Source: Eledone cirrhosa (lineage: Eukaryota). From it: a stretch of DNA of 64,000 nt. Location of the stretch: NCBI GenBank assembly GCA_964016885.1, contig OZ024743.1:187612001-187676000 (forward strand), read 5' to 3'. The position numbers and the translations under genes were made by a program. Positions 1-11,283 of the stretch are shown one piece after another; position 1 is the stretch's first letter; each line of letters starts with the position of its first letter. The notes under the pieces are model-generated. The model did not search any database and was not told the DNA's origin. It saw only the letters and a list, made by a program, of their open reading frames with translations.

Positions 1-402
1 CTATATATAAACATAAGATTATATATAAACATAAACACACTATTTAGATGGTTAGTACAGTTTGTTTGGCAGAAGACTTAGGTACAGGTTAGTGTTCAGT
101 TTAGCGTATTTGTTGAAAGTGAGTAGACTGGTTTGAGCAATGACAATCTTATTTACATATAAACATACCCTTATACTTACACATAATAACGATACTAATA
201 CACACACTTTGTATTCCAACTCATTGCCTAACAGTTTGTCCTGTTTACACTCATCATTTTCCATTTTTCTTTTTTCTTCTTTGTGATGCTGTCTCTATTT
301 TGTACTCCTGAAGAAAGGCTTAAGCCTGACACTTCAAAACTTTCTTTTCCCCTTTCCATATAAAGCGTGAAATTAATAAGACATTTTGTACCTCTGTTGT
401 CT

Positions 403-441
<39 letters not shown>

Positions 442-569
442 AACAAGTATGACCCCGACGGCAGAGCTTAAGCTGTTTCGACGGCTAATTCTGGACGTAT
501 ATATATATTATGCATATATATATACATATATATGGAGACAAATATATATATATACAGATGTATAGGATA

Positions 570-1080
570 TCAGGCAGACTGACAGGAAAAGAAGACTTCT
601 TATAAAATAGATGTTATAGATGTTCAGGGATGATTGATAATAAGAGGATCAGAGATATAAACCTTTTCCAATCCCAGGAAGGATTCATAGAAGTGGATGA
701 TAGCTTCTGCTGCTTAGGTGATCTAATTAGCAGTGGAGTAGGGTGCTCCTAGAGCATAGTAGCTGGAATAAAGATAGGATGGAAGATGTTTATGGAGCTA
801 CACCCACTGCTGACAACAAAAGGTTTCTCCCTACGAATGAAAGGACAGCTGTATGATACCAGTGTGCAAAGTGTAATGTTGCATGGTAGTGAAACAGGCA
901 GTAAATACAGTGGACATGTGAAGGCTGGAGAGAAATGAAGCAAGCATGCTTTGATGGATGTGCAATGTTGATGGGAATGCATGGCTAAGCATGGATGACA
1001 ATTGCTGGGTGACGAAGTGCCAGGAAATCACAGTGGAAGGAAGCCACAGTCGAAGAAGATGAAGGAAAACCTGGGAAGAG
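570..1080 (+). mobile_element. Degenerate RTE-clade LINE fragment (RT C-terminal region)
   Basis: Frameshifted homology to the better RTE copies in this window (LGD..SSG.G, KGFSLRMKG.LYD, MLHGSET, RLERNEASML motifs). Confidence 0.8.
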
Positions 1081-1435
1081 TGTGTATGTGTGTACAAGTG
1101 TATGTATATATATTCATTAAGACTCTTTTCCTACTACATCATGTGTTCAACTAATATATATCTCCATTGCACTGTATCATTTACTGTGTTGTTTTCCATC
1201 TACCTTTCACATATATATATACTTTATTTATCAACCTCAAAAGCAGCATGTGGCATTTGAACTCAAAGCATATAAGAACTGGAATGAATACTGCAAAGCA
1301 TTTTATTTGATGTTCTAATACCCGGCTACATAATACCCTCAGGGCCCCCACCACTATTTCCAGAGAGACCTGCCTACACACAAATTGTAAATAATATATA
1401 ATAAATAAAATCGATAATTTATATATAATAAAAAA

Positions 1436-1817
1436 AAGGGTAAAGACCCCCTTCGGTCATGAATGACCATGGGATTTGCACCTAGAAAGTTTTCCTCCGA
1501 GGCACAAGTCCTGGCAAGGTTGTTTTGTGGAAGACCAGTAGTCGCCCCTGGATACCAGTCTCCCCTCTCCACGCCACCGATGAGGTCCAAGGGAAAGGCA
1601 ATGGCCGATACAGCTTAGCACCAATGACGTCGCAACTCATTTCTACAGCTGAGTAAACTGGAGCAACGTGAAATAAAGTGTCTTGCTCAAGGAAACAACA
1701 CATCACCCAGTCCGAGAATTGAACTCACAACCTTTCGATTGCAAGTCCAATGCTCTAACTAAGCGCATTGGGCTTGCACTAAGCCATTGGACTTGCACTA
1801 AGCCTTGCGCCTTCACT
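1436..1817 (-). mobile_element. tRNA-derived SINE (family B head and core, different 3' part)
   Basis: Minus strand has a tRNA-like head (box B-like ggttgtgagttcaattc) and the core ccttgagcaagacactttatttcac.ttgctccagtttactcagctg shared with 43591-43938. Confidence 0.8.
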
Positions 1818-1848
1818 ATTTATATATAATAAATATGATATATATATA

Positions 1849-2328
1849 TTTTTAATCCTCTTTATTTCATCAACATAATTTGAAAGTGGTGAATTGGCAG
1901 AGCCATTAGAACAGAGGTTCTCAAAGTGGCCGCTACTGCCCCGAGGGAGCATTGAGAAGGTTCAGTGGGGTGCTGGGGCCTAAGGGACAGTAGAGATGTT
2001 ATAATAGTATATCAAATGATACATATAAATAAATATAGTAAAATAAAAATATATAATATTTATTTATACATAATATATATTATATTTATTATATATAAAT
2101 ATATATAATAAATATAATATATATTATGTATAAATAAATATTATATAATTATATGTATCATTTGATATACTATTATAACATCTCTACTGTCCCTTAGGCC
2201 CCAGCACCCCACTGAACCTTCTCAATGCTCCCTCGGCGCAGTAGCGGCCACTTTGAGAACCTCTGTTCTAATGGCTCTGCCAATTCACCACTTTCAAATT
2301 ATGTTGATGAAATAAAGAGGATTAAAAA
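1849..2328. repeat. Long near-perfect inverted repeat (fold-back) containing a hAT-like terminus
   Basis: 1849-~2027 is the reverse complement of ~2151-2328 (one mismatch noticed). The AT-rich interior is also palindromic. The terminus CAGAGGTTCTCAAAGTGG is at 1912 and its mirror ends at 2265. Confidence 0.9.
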
Positions 2329-2748
2329 AATACTTTCATTAATGTATAGTTTTGTTTGTTAATGTTTCCATTTAATGAATACTTTCCATTTGTAACAGGC
2401 TAAACATAAACTAAGAAATATTTACATTATGCTTTCCAATCTCATGTTGATAATGAATACTATCAAATTTCTATAAGCAAGCAATGTCATTTCTCCAACG
2501 ATGGTTTGTTAAAAAGAACATTCAGAATTTTTTTTATCAAATTTCATCAACATAGTCCTAATCTAAACTTCAAAAATGTATTCCTGCAAAATCTCATAAA
2601 AATATGCACTATTAAGAAAATTATGATGAAACTAATTCAATGGGGTATTACACTGTAATTATGCTGGTAAATAAAGGTTGCTTGGGTTTGCTCAAGTACT
2701 TTATATGCATGTGTGTTGAACTTTTTCCTATGTTCACACTCCTCTGGT

Positions 2749-2931
2749 AATAATTGTTTCGACTTTTGGCACAAGGCCAGCAATTATCCAGTACATTACT
2801 GGTACTTTATTTTATCAACCCCGTAAGGATGAAAGGCAAAGTTAACCTCGGCGGGATTTGAACTCAGAATGGCAAGGGCCGTAACTCTATGCGTCATAGC
2901 ATGGTGTCCGACCCTCTACCGATACTGCCAA
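2749..2931 (-). mobile_element. tRNA-derived SINE family A (~190 bp)
   Basis: Matches multiple copies in the window (gagttcaaatcccgccgaggttaactttgcctttcatccttacggggtcgataaaataaagtaccag). Flanked by a gtaataat direct repeat. Confidence 0.85.
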
Positions 2932-3258
2932 GTAATAATGTATATCAAGTGAGAAGAAACAGAAGTAAACAATGATAAAAGTGAATTCTTTTTCTTGCAT
3001 ATATAATCTTGCAATTTATAATCTTATTGCACTATTATTTCACTGTATTTATTATATGTATGCATTCTTATTGACAATTTCTGTTTTATTAATTTTTTAA
3101 GGGATTCTATTTGTGTGAGCATTTGGAATGGATGAGGAGTAGAGAAGAAATTACCCCTAAATATATTTATTTTAATTAATGTACCAAATCAGCTTCTGAA
3201 TCAAATTAAATTTGTTAGCCAAAGGTCTCCTGTACACTCACACAGTCATATATATATA

Positions 3259-5884
3259 CTAGTTGAATTACCCGGCGTTGCCCGGGTTACTTCCGTTCTT
3301 ATTCAGATTCGTAAACAATAAATATGAAGATATGATCTTTTCTCTCATACTTATTTCAAAATATCTATATTTTATAAAATAAATATCAAAATTGTAATGA
3401 TAATAGAATTTAGAAATGAAAATCTGTCAATTTTGAAGTACCTTAGGGTAAACAATATTCATTGTGTAATTTTTGTTGCTGTCCAAATGAATAAATTGTT
3501 GCTACACATCATACACATACACTCTCACATACATATACTAAAACAGACACACATAGACATACATTCACGCAGACACACACATAACTTTTCACCTCATTTT
3601 TGGTTAGTTGCTACATATGTGTAGATGTGTGAGTGTATTTAATCACGAACCAAAGGCGTGTCATTTTCTATTGTTTTAATGCAAATGGAAATAAAAATTA
3701 TCACACATACACTCACACACACATACGCACACACACACATACACTCTCACATACATATACTAAGTTAGACATACACAGACATAATGCACGCAAACCTATT
3801 ACTTATCAGTCACCACATGTGTATATGTATGTGTAGATGTGTGTGTGTGTTTAATTGTCTGTGTGTGAAGATAATATGTATGCAACTTACTAACGCTATA
3901 TGTATGTGTGTGTTCCTCCTCGTATTTTTTATTATAACACCTCGTTGTAAACAATGTTCTTTGTTTTTCCACGTCGTGCAAATGCGAAAAGGTTTCCTCT
4001 GCTTCCCACTTGGGAACACCCAACGTACAATTGTCCGTACATGTCTCTTCCAAGTCTGGCCATAGACAGGGTCTGACCTTGGGATTTGTTAATGGACATT
4101 GCAAAGTTGACACGAATTGGAAATTGCAGACGTCTGAATGTAAAGGGAATTTCTGCTCCTGTTGTAATGCGAGGGATTCTTGGAATGAAGACGTCATTAC
4201 CTTTTCCACATCCAGAAAGAATTGTTGCCTCGATAACATGTGATATCATTTTCCTTACCAACAGTCGTGTCTCATTGCACAGTCATGGCGGATCTAGATT
4301 CTTAAGCAGCATTACAGGAGTTCCAACTTTCAGTCCTAATATGTGGGGAGGTAGTCCGGGGGGCTCCAATGAATTGATAAATTCTGGAGGATAGTTCTCC
4401 ATTTCATTGTGATCCGGGATTGTGTCGACAGACTTGTAAGTGTGAAGATTTCCAGGAAGAGACAGCATTAACTGTTCGTTGAGTTTATTAACAGCGATGT
4501 TTTTTGGAGCCATTATTGCTCTTTCGCACAGCCAATTGTGATTTTGGTAATTTTCTATCAAGTTCGGAAACACTTGGTCTTTCAGCTCCTCCACAGAATT
4601 AACAATGGTACAAAATGGCCAGACGTCCACTTCTCCGACAGCATCGAGAGGCACCTTGCCATCGCCAAGTGTCAAAATGTCCTGTGCAAACCTGGCGGAC
4701 ATGTGGTCACCATGTAGTTGTGCTCTCATGTTAGTGGTAAGAGTCAGGGTTGTAACGTGTTGCCACAATGGAGAGGATTTAAGGCACGCCTGGACTTCAT
4801 CTGTTCTGGTGCCTTTGGGAATGACGGGAAGAGTCTGTCTGAAATCACCTGAAAACTCCCATTGGAGCATGGTAATCTCTGATATCTTTCAGGGTTCTAT
4901 CTACTGCTTCCAGAACTCCTTTGTGGGCCATGGTGCACTATCCCACACAATGAGATGACATCGTTTGAGGACCTGACCCTAGTCTGAACTTTTACTCATG
5001 TTGCAGATAGTTGCTAAATTCAGGGGGAGTTTAAAAGTTGAGTGCGCTGTCCTGCCACCAGGCAGCAAAGTAGCAGCAATCCCAAAGGAGGCAACAGCTA
5101 TTGCAATATCCCTATGCTGCCTAACTTTTGCAAGGAGAAGCTTTGTTACAAAAGTTTTTCCTATTACTCCAGGTGCATCCAGGAAAAAGATACCTCCTTT
5201 TCGGTGGTGCACATGGTCGGCAATAGTGCTGTAAGCCCATTGTTGGTAGGGAATGAGTTGTGGTTCAGTCTCGATAAGTACGTTTGACCCTGTTCGGAAT
5301 GTTTGGGGCAGGCTATATGTGGGCAAATCATTTCCCCCGAGTGGAACAATCCTGTCTTCTATGTCAATCAGTGCTCTGTTGTAGACCTCATCGCTGGTAC
5401 CTTCCATGTCAGGGTACTGCAGTTGTGCCAGACGTTTAAAATCCTCAGAAAGATCATCTCTGTACTTGAACCACAAATTCACATGTTAGCAACAATAATT
5501 TCAAATAGTATCAATTTTTTTTTGTTCTGTAAAATCAAAGACTGTAAAACGACTTATTGTTAAACCTTCAACTGATATACTTTGATCTATAGTTTAAGCC
5601 GGTGTGGGACGTCTCTCTCTCTCTCTCTCTCTCTTTGAATAGCTAACACTTTAATTGTTTCTCTCTCATTCTGGCTCTACCTCTGTGTGTCTCAAAAAAG
5701 AATTTTGAGTCGGTTTTTCTCTTATAGAGGGCGCAGTAGACACACGTTTGAAAATGTAATGAGTTCGTACGAAGGTCAGCAGCATAACGCATGCTTGTGC
5801 CAACTTCGAAGAAAATCGGTTGCAAGCTGTAAAAGTTAGGCGGAAACAGATACACACACACAGTCTTTTATATATATATATAGA
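3259..5884 (-). mobile_element. Internally deleted Helitron
   Basis: Minus strand starts TCTATATATA... at 5884 and ends with a GC hairpin (cccgggcaacgccggg, 3271-3286) followed by CTAG|T at 3259. Contains a Pif1-like helicase remnant. Confidence 0.9.
3932..5482 (-). pseudogene. Helitron RepHel helicase (Pif1-like) domain, frameshifted; Rep domain missing
   Basis: Motifs FFLDAPG..GKT, A.A.LLPGGRTAHS.FKLP, GDFRQTLPVIP, LEPPGLPPH.L.LKVG.PVMLL.NL, FIPRIP, F.R.QFP...FAMSINKSQGQTL and GQLYV..S.V, spread over several frames. Confidence 0.92.
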
Positions 5885-6207
5885 TAAGTTTGTTTTGAAA
5901 CTGTGAGCGAAGATTGACATTTTAGTAGAAATAGAAGCTTCATCATTGTTTAACGTCCATCTTCCACGTTAAACGATGATGATGATGTATATATTAGTAG
6001 AAATAGAAACTTTTGCCGTACATATATATATATAGAAGCAAGTGATACAAATATATTCATACACAGATAATATATTCATACACAGATAAGTGTGCACTAA
6101 GACATATCAAAACATAGAACTACAATGAAAGTAAGACTACATAATTCGTTGAGTATCTTATTAAATCTAATAAAAAATTTAAAATACCTGATAACGATCA
6201 AATATAT

Positions 6208-6298
6208 TTCCCTCATATCTATTCTCCACGAAATCAGAATACATTTCACCAAATAACGGCAAAATTAGTTATTTTGAAACGGATCATCAGTGAGGGAA
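6208..6298 (-). ncRNA. Type I hammerhead ribozyme motif (Penelope-like/retrozyme-like unit)
   Basis: Minus strand reads ttccctca CTGATGA tcc...ggt GAAA tgtattct..agaataga TA tgagggaa: 8-bp stem I, 7/8-bp stem III, and an internal caaaat/attttg hairpin in domain II. Confidence 0.72.
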
Positions 6299-6478
6299 TT
6301 TCAAAATAATCTAATCTCACTCAATGCAGGGTTGAAAGTGACTAAACGCACATGGTATCAACACATGAATTTTAGCACTCGCAACGACATGAAAGGTTCT
6401 CGTTCGCTAGAAATAGCAGTCCGACCTCTCGACGATAAACAGCTCACCACATAAGGAGCATACATATTATTATTATGA

Positions 6479-6868
6479 ATTGGCAGTATGGGTAGAGGGT
6501 CGGAGGCCATGCTTTGACGCATAGAGTTACGGCCCTTGCTATTCTGAGTTCAAATCCCGCCGAGGTTAACTTTTCCTTTCATCCTTACGGGGTCGATAAA
6601 ATAAAGTACCAGTAATACACTGGTTATTTGTGGCCTTGTGCCAAAAGTAGAAACAATTATTACTTTCAAAGTAAGGGGCGGTGGATTGGCAGTATCGGTA
6701 GAGGGTCGGACGCCATGCTTTGACGCATAGAGTTACGGCACTTTCCAATCTGAGTTCAAATCCCTCCGAGGTTAACTTTGCCTTTCATCCTTACGGGGTC
6801 GATAAAATAAAGTACCAGTAATACGCTGGCTATTTGTGCCCTTGTGCCAAAAGTAGAAACAATTATTA
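6479..6868 (+). mobile_element. Two tandem SINE family A copies (6479-6661, 6675-6868)
   Basis: Two near-identical ~190-bp units, each followed by tactttcaaagtaa. Confidence 0.88.
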
Positions 6869-7164
6869 CTTTCAAAGTAAAGGGTGTCATGAATGATACA
6901 AAATCAAACATGTCTTGTCTCTAAAAACAGCTCAAGATAGAATTCAGAGAATTAAATCGAGCCTTAATCATTATAAGAAAGTGATTGAAGTATATTCATA
7001 CACAGATAAGTGTGCACTAAGACATATCAAAACATAGAACTAAAGACAATCTACACAGAAAGTAAGACTACATAATTCGTTGAGTATCTTATTAAATTTA
7101 ATAAACATTTTAAAACAATACCTGACAACGATCAAATATATTTCCCTTTGAAAGTAATAATAAA

Positions 7165-8207
7165 GGGGTAGAGGAATGGCTTGTGAGGACAGTGCAAGCT
7201 ATGTACAGGGGTGCTGTCAGTAAAGTGAGAACAGGAATGGAGTTTAGTGAGGAATTCCAGATACAAGTAGGTATACATCAAGGTTCTGTCCTCAGCCCAC
7301 TCTTATTCATTATAGTCCTCCAAGCCATAACGGAGGAGTTTAAGACTGGATGCCCATGGGAACTTCTTTCTGCTGATGATCTGGTTCTTATAGCAGAATC
7401 AGTAGAGGAGCTAGAGAATAAATTCTGGCTATGGAAACAGCAGTTGGAATCAAGAGGACTGAGAGTGAACCTAGCTAAAACAAAGGCGTTGATAAATGGA
7501 AGAGAGGACAATACTCTGATTCCATCAGGGAAATGGCCATGTTCGATATGTAGGAAAGGAACTGGAATGAATTCCATAAAATGTACGCAAGATCTTGGGT
7601 ACACCGGTACCTAGGTGATCAGATTAGCATGGGAGGGGGAGGGGTATTCCGAGACCATAGTATCTAGAATAAGAACGGGTTGGAAGAAGTTTAGGGAGCT
7701 GTTCCCTCTGTTGACAAAGAAGGGTTTCTCCCTGCGTACGAAAGGACGGTTATATGATGCCTGTGTGAGATGCGCGATGCTGCATGGTAGTGAGACATGG
7801 GCAGCAACTGCAGAAGATATGCGACGGCCGGAGAGAAATGAAGCAAGTATGCTCCGTTGGATGTGCAATGTCAATGTGCGTGAACGACCAAGCATAGACG
7901 AGTTGAGAAATAAAGTGGGCATAAGAGGGATAAGTTGTGGTGTGGAGGAGAGAAGGCTGAGATGGTATGGACATGTGATGCGCATAGAGGATGACCGATG
8001 GGTGAAGAAGTACCAGGAAGTCCCAGTAGAGGGAAGACGCAGTAGAGGTAGACCACGAAAAACATGGGCGGAGGTGGTGAGAGCAGACTTCAGATCGCTG
8101 AAACTCACCGACGAGATGACTAAGGACCGCGACGGGTGGAGAGATGCTGTGCTGAATAGGGAATAGGACCCGTTCAACCCTTGCAAGCAGGGAAAAGCGG
8201 ACGTAAA

Positions 8208-8238
<31 letters not shown>
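7165..8238 (+). mobile_element. 5'-truncated RTE-clade LINE (subfamily 1) with (GAT)n tail
   Basis: RT motifs GIHQGSVLSPLLF and (Y>S)ADDL, inserted Cys motif KWPCSICRKG, WYGHVMR, RGRPRKTW, then tail gcggacgtaaaa(tga)n. Internal deletion/frameshift near 7590-7615. Confidence 0.92.
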
Positions 8239-8239
<1 letters not shown>

Positions 8240-8470
8240 ATATATATATATATATATATATAATCATCATTTTACGTCCGCTTTTCCCTGCTTGCAAGGG
8301 TTGGACGTATAGGCTTCTACATAATTTCTGTCAAGCAAATTCTGCTCACACGGTAATGGTCAACATCTTTGATTATAGGTCTGCTTGATCAAAGTCACCC
8401 TAGAACTATACAGTAACAACAATAACAACAGTTATGGACATCATGCAGTGGTGCTGGTGATTTTGATAGT

Positions 8471-8658
8471 AATAATTGTTTCTCCTTTTGGAACAAGGCC
8501 AGCAATTACCCAGTGTATTACTGGTACTTTATTTTATCGACCCCGTAAGGATGAAAGGCAAAGTTAAACTCGGCGGGATTTGAACTCAGAATGGCAAGGG
8601 CCGTAACTCTATGCGTCAAAGCATGGCGTCCGACCCTCTACCGATACTGCCAATCCAC
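8471..8658 (-). mobile_element. SINE family A
   Basis: Reverse complement of the family A consensus seen at 6675. Confidence 0.88.
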
Positions 8659-9003
8659 AATGATGGTTGTAATCTCCTTATAATATATAACCAGCAATTG
8701 CTCTGTTTGTCTGTCTGTCCGACAGTAGAAACACGTGCGCGCGTGCGAATGTTTTTTGCGCACGCGTAGAGAGAGAGTGAGAGTGAAAGAAAGAGACAGA
8801 CTACAAGAGGGGGGTAGCGAGAGGGAGAGAGGGGGGAATTGAGGAGTGCTACAGAAACATATATACATTTCTGTGTGTGTGTAATATATATATATATACA
8901 CACACAGAAATATATATATATATACTAGCAGAAAACCACCTGATATGTTGATTTACAACTGCACTATTCACAAGTGTTTTTTAACCTTCATATCATGTCT
9001 TCC

Positions 9004-9074
9004 TATTTTATCTGATGAAAACACAAATGTTATTACATGATGATATTTGTTTTTGAAATACGCATAATAAAATA
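9004..9074 (+). ncRNA. Type I hammerhead ribozyme motif with minimal stem III
   Basis: tattttat CTGATGA [~16-bp stem II with G.U pairs] GAAA tacgca TA ataaaata. Paralogous to 38440-38510. Confidence 0.72.
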
Positions 9075-9219
9075 CATGGAACTCTTTTAACCATCTTTTG
9101 ATCTTATATATTATGTATACTCCAGTCCTACAAACTGTAGCGTGCTTCTTATCCGATATCTGCATTGCTTTATTGTACTACAATAAAACTCACCTCCTAC
9201 ATATATATATATATTGGTT

Positions 9220-9271
9220 AGTTTTAGAAGATCCCGTTAAGGGTGAAAGCAGCGATTCTTTGCTTAAACTT
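9220..9271 (+). ncRNA. Decayed hammerhead motif (core mutated)
   Basis: agttt TAGAAGA tccc gttaa gggt GAAA gcag..ttgc TT aaact. All three stems pair, but the core has two substitutions relative to CUGANGA. Confidence 0.45.
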
Positions 9272-9281
9272 TAATCTTTTA

Positions 9282-9322
<41 letters not shown>

Positions 9323-9442
9323 GTACGTATGTAATATATTAATAATATATATATAATGTATGTATATATAATATAATATATATATATATATGTTAGTAAA
9401 TACGAAGAAATATTTATACTATTCTACACACATATAATATAC

Positions 9443-9649
9443 ATGTTATGTCGTCGACCACTGATTCCAACAACCAGCGTTCTAGGCCAGCACGTGACAC
9501 CTGCGTTCCCAGCCATGGCACGCGCGACCTTGGAGTAGTTACCATGGAGATCTAGCCAGACACAGCCGAGTTCTTTGAATTTACAGACGACAACTTTAAG
9601 ACTTGCTTTTGGTGTTTTAACCAACTCACTGGGGCTGAGCATATAATAT
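9443..9649. mobile_element. Possible solo LTR
   Basis: GC-richer 200-bp island starting TGTTATG and ending catataata (imperfect inverted end) inside microsatellite DNA. No clear TSD. Confidence 0.3.
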
Positions 9650-9667
9650 ATATATATATGTGTGTGT

Positions 9668-9698
<31 letters not shown>

Positions 9699-10140
9699 TA
9701 TATGTGTGTGTATGCGTGTGTGTGGTAGTGTATTATATGTGTGTGTTATATGTGTGTGTGTATGTGTGTGTGTGTATGTGTGTTCGTGTGTGTGTTATAT
9801 ATGTGTGTGTGTGTTATATGTGTGTGTGTGCGTGTGTGTGTTTTATATATGGGTGTGTGTTATATGTGTGTGTGTGTATATATAATATATATATATAATA
9901 TATATATATATATATTATATATATATATTATATATGTATATTATGTGTGTCTCTCTATATATATACATATATATAGGTTTAAGTGTGTATGTGCGTGTGT
10001 ATGTGTGTGTTAGCGTGTGTGCATATGTGCGTATGTATGAGTGTGTGTATGGTATGTGTGTGTTAGCGTATGTGTCTGTATGCGTGTGTGTCTGTCTGTG
10101 CGTGTGTCTGTGTGTATCTGTGTAAGTGTTTGTGTGTGTA
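9650..10140. repeat. Compound (TG)n/(TA)n microsatellite
   Basis: Seen directly; explains the CVCV/YIYI ORFs. Confidence 0.95.
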
Positions 10141-10372
10141 CAGAAATTCATAAGTTTCCTAAAATATGTCTGTATGCTTAATTTTTCTTAAAAATTATAA
10201 ACTGATTCTTCCTGTCAGAGATAATAATCTGATTTGAGAATAATGCATCTCAAAATATGAACATGGGTGTATATATATGTGTGTGTGTCTGTGTTTGTGT
10301 TTGTGTGTTTGTGTGTGTGTTAAATATATATCGACTAGCAGAAAACCACCCACCGGGTGTTAGTAAATATAG

Positions 10373-11283
10373 TCTATATATATAAAACTGAGGATGTCTG
10401 TCTGTTGTGTGTGAGTTTGAATCCCTAAAACTCAAGAATCACCAAACCAACTGTTTTCAAACTTTACACATGTAATACTTATGTTTCAGGGAGTATAGTG
10501 ACCAAAAAAAAAAAAAAATTTTCAATGTCCTAGGGACCGTATTAGGCGATTTTGCGATCTATCTCTATAATTCTTAGTCTTTCTCATTTTAGATAGATAC
10601 ATACATATAACGTCGCGCCCTTATAATATCTGTCTGTATGTCTGGCTGTCTGCATTACGTCACTTCCCTGAGGATGTCTGTGTGTGTGTGTGTGTGTGAT
10701 TTTGAATCCATAAAACTCGAGAAGTACCCAACCGACTTTTTCCAAACTTTACATGTGTATTACTTATCTTTCAGAGAGTGTTATGCACATAAAAATTCAA
10801 CTTTTTGATCCCCTAGGGCCCGCATTAAGTGAAAAACTGTGTTTTTTCAGGTTTTTAGAGTTTTTTGAGGCGTTACGTCAGACCGATTTCCTTGAAATTG
10901 TAACTATGTATTAGTTAGTCTCTTCTTCATACTGTGAGCAAAGAAAATCCAACTTTTTTAAGGCCTAGGGCCCGCATTAGGTGAACAACTTCATTTTTTT
11001 CAGCTTTTTAGGGCTTTTTTTAGGCGTAATGTCTAGCCGATTTTCCCGAAATTTCAAGGCATATTATGCACATAAAAATAATTCATTTTCTTGATCCCCC
11101 TAGGGCCCACATTAGGTGAAAATATTCATTTTTCCTGTTTCATCGAAGATTATCCAGCCATCAGAGTATTCGGTTTATTTTCTTTACATATTGTCCAGGC
11201 ATGCAGATTTTCCACGATTAGGTCTGTTGGCGGCCAGCGTTCCAAAATACCTTATCCCATGCAACGCCGGGTACCACTGCTAG
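10373..11283 (+). mobile_element. Non-autonomous Helitron
   Basis: Starts TCTATATATATAAAA and ends cccatgcaacgccggg...CTAG|T, an end similar to the 3259 Helitron. Head duplicated at ~10668; four internal tagggccc(g)cattaggtgaa-like repeats. Confidence 0.8.

Larger units (their letters stand above)
6031..7147 (-). repeat. Partial direct repeat (~6031-6213 and ~6972-7147) bracketing the hammerhead unit
   Basis: Shared tatattcatacacagataagtgtgcactaagacatatcaaaacatagaac...aacgatcaaatatatttccct with a few indels. Confidence 0.85.

Noticed and set aside
300-345. CTGAAGA aggc-ttaa-gcct GACA motif
   Set aside because: GAAA is mutated and stems I and III are unsupported; counted only as a possible decayed PLE remnant.
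3932-5482. Host PIF1 helicase gene
   Set aside because: Intronless, frameshifted and enclosed by Helitron termini.
10520-11125. Spaced tagggcccgcattaggtgaa repeats resembling a CRISPR array
   Set aside because: The intervening sequences are related to each other and irregular. They are internal repeats of a eukaryotic Helitron and there are no cas genes.
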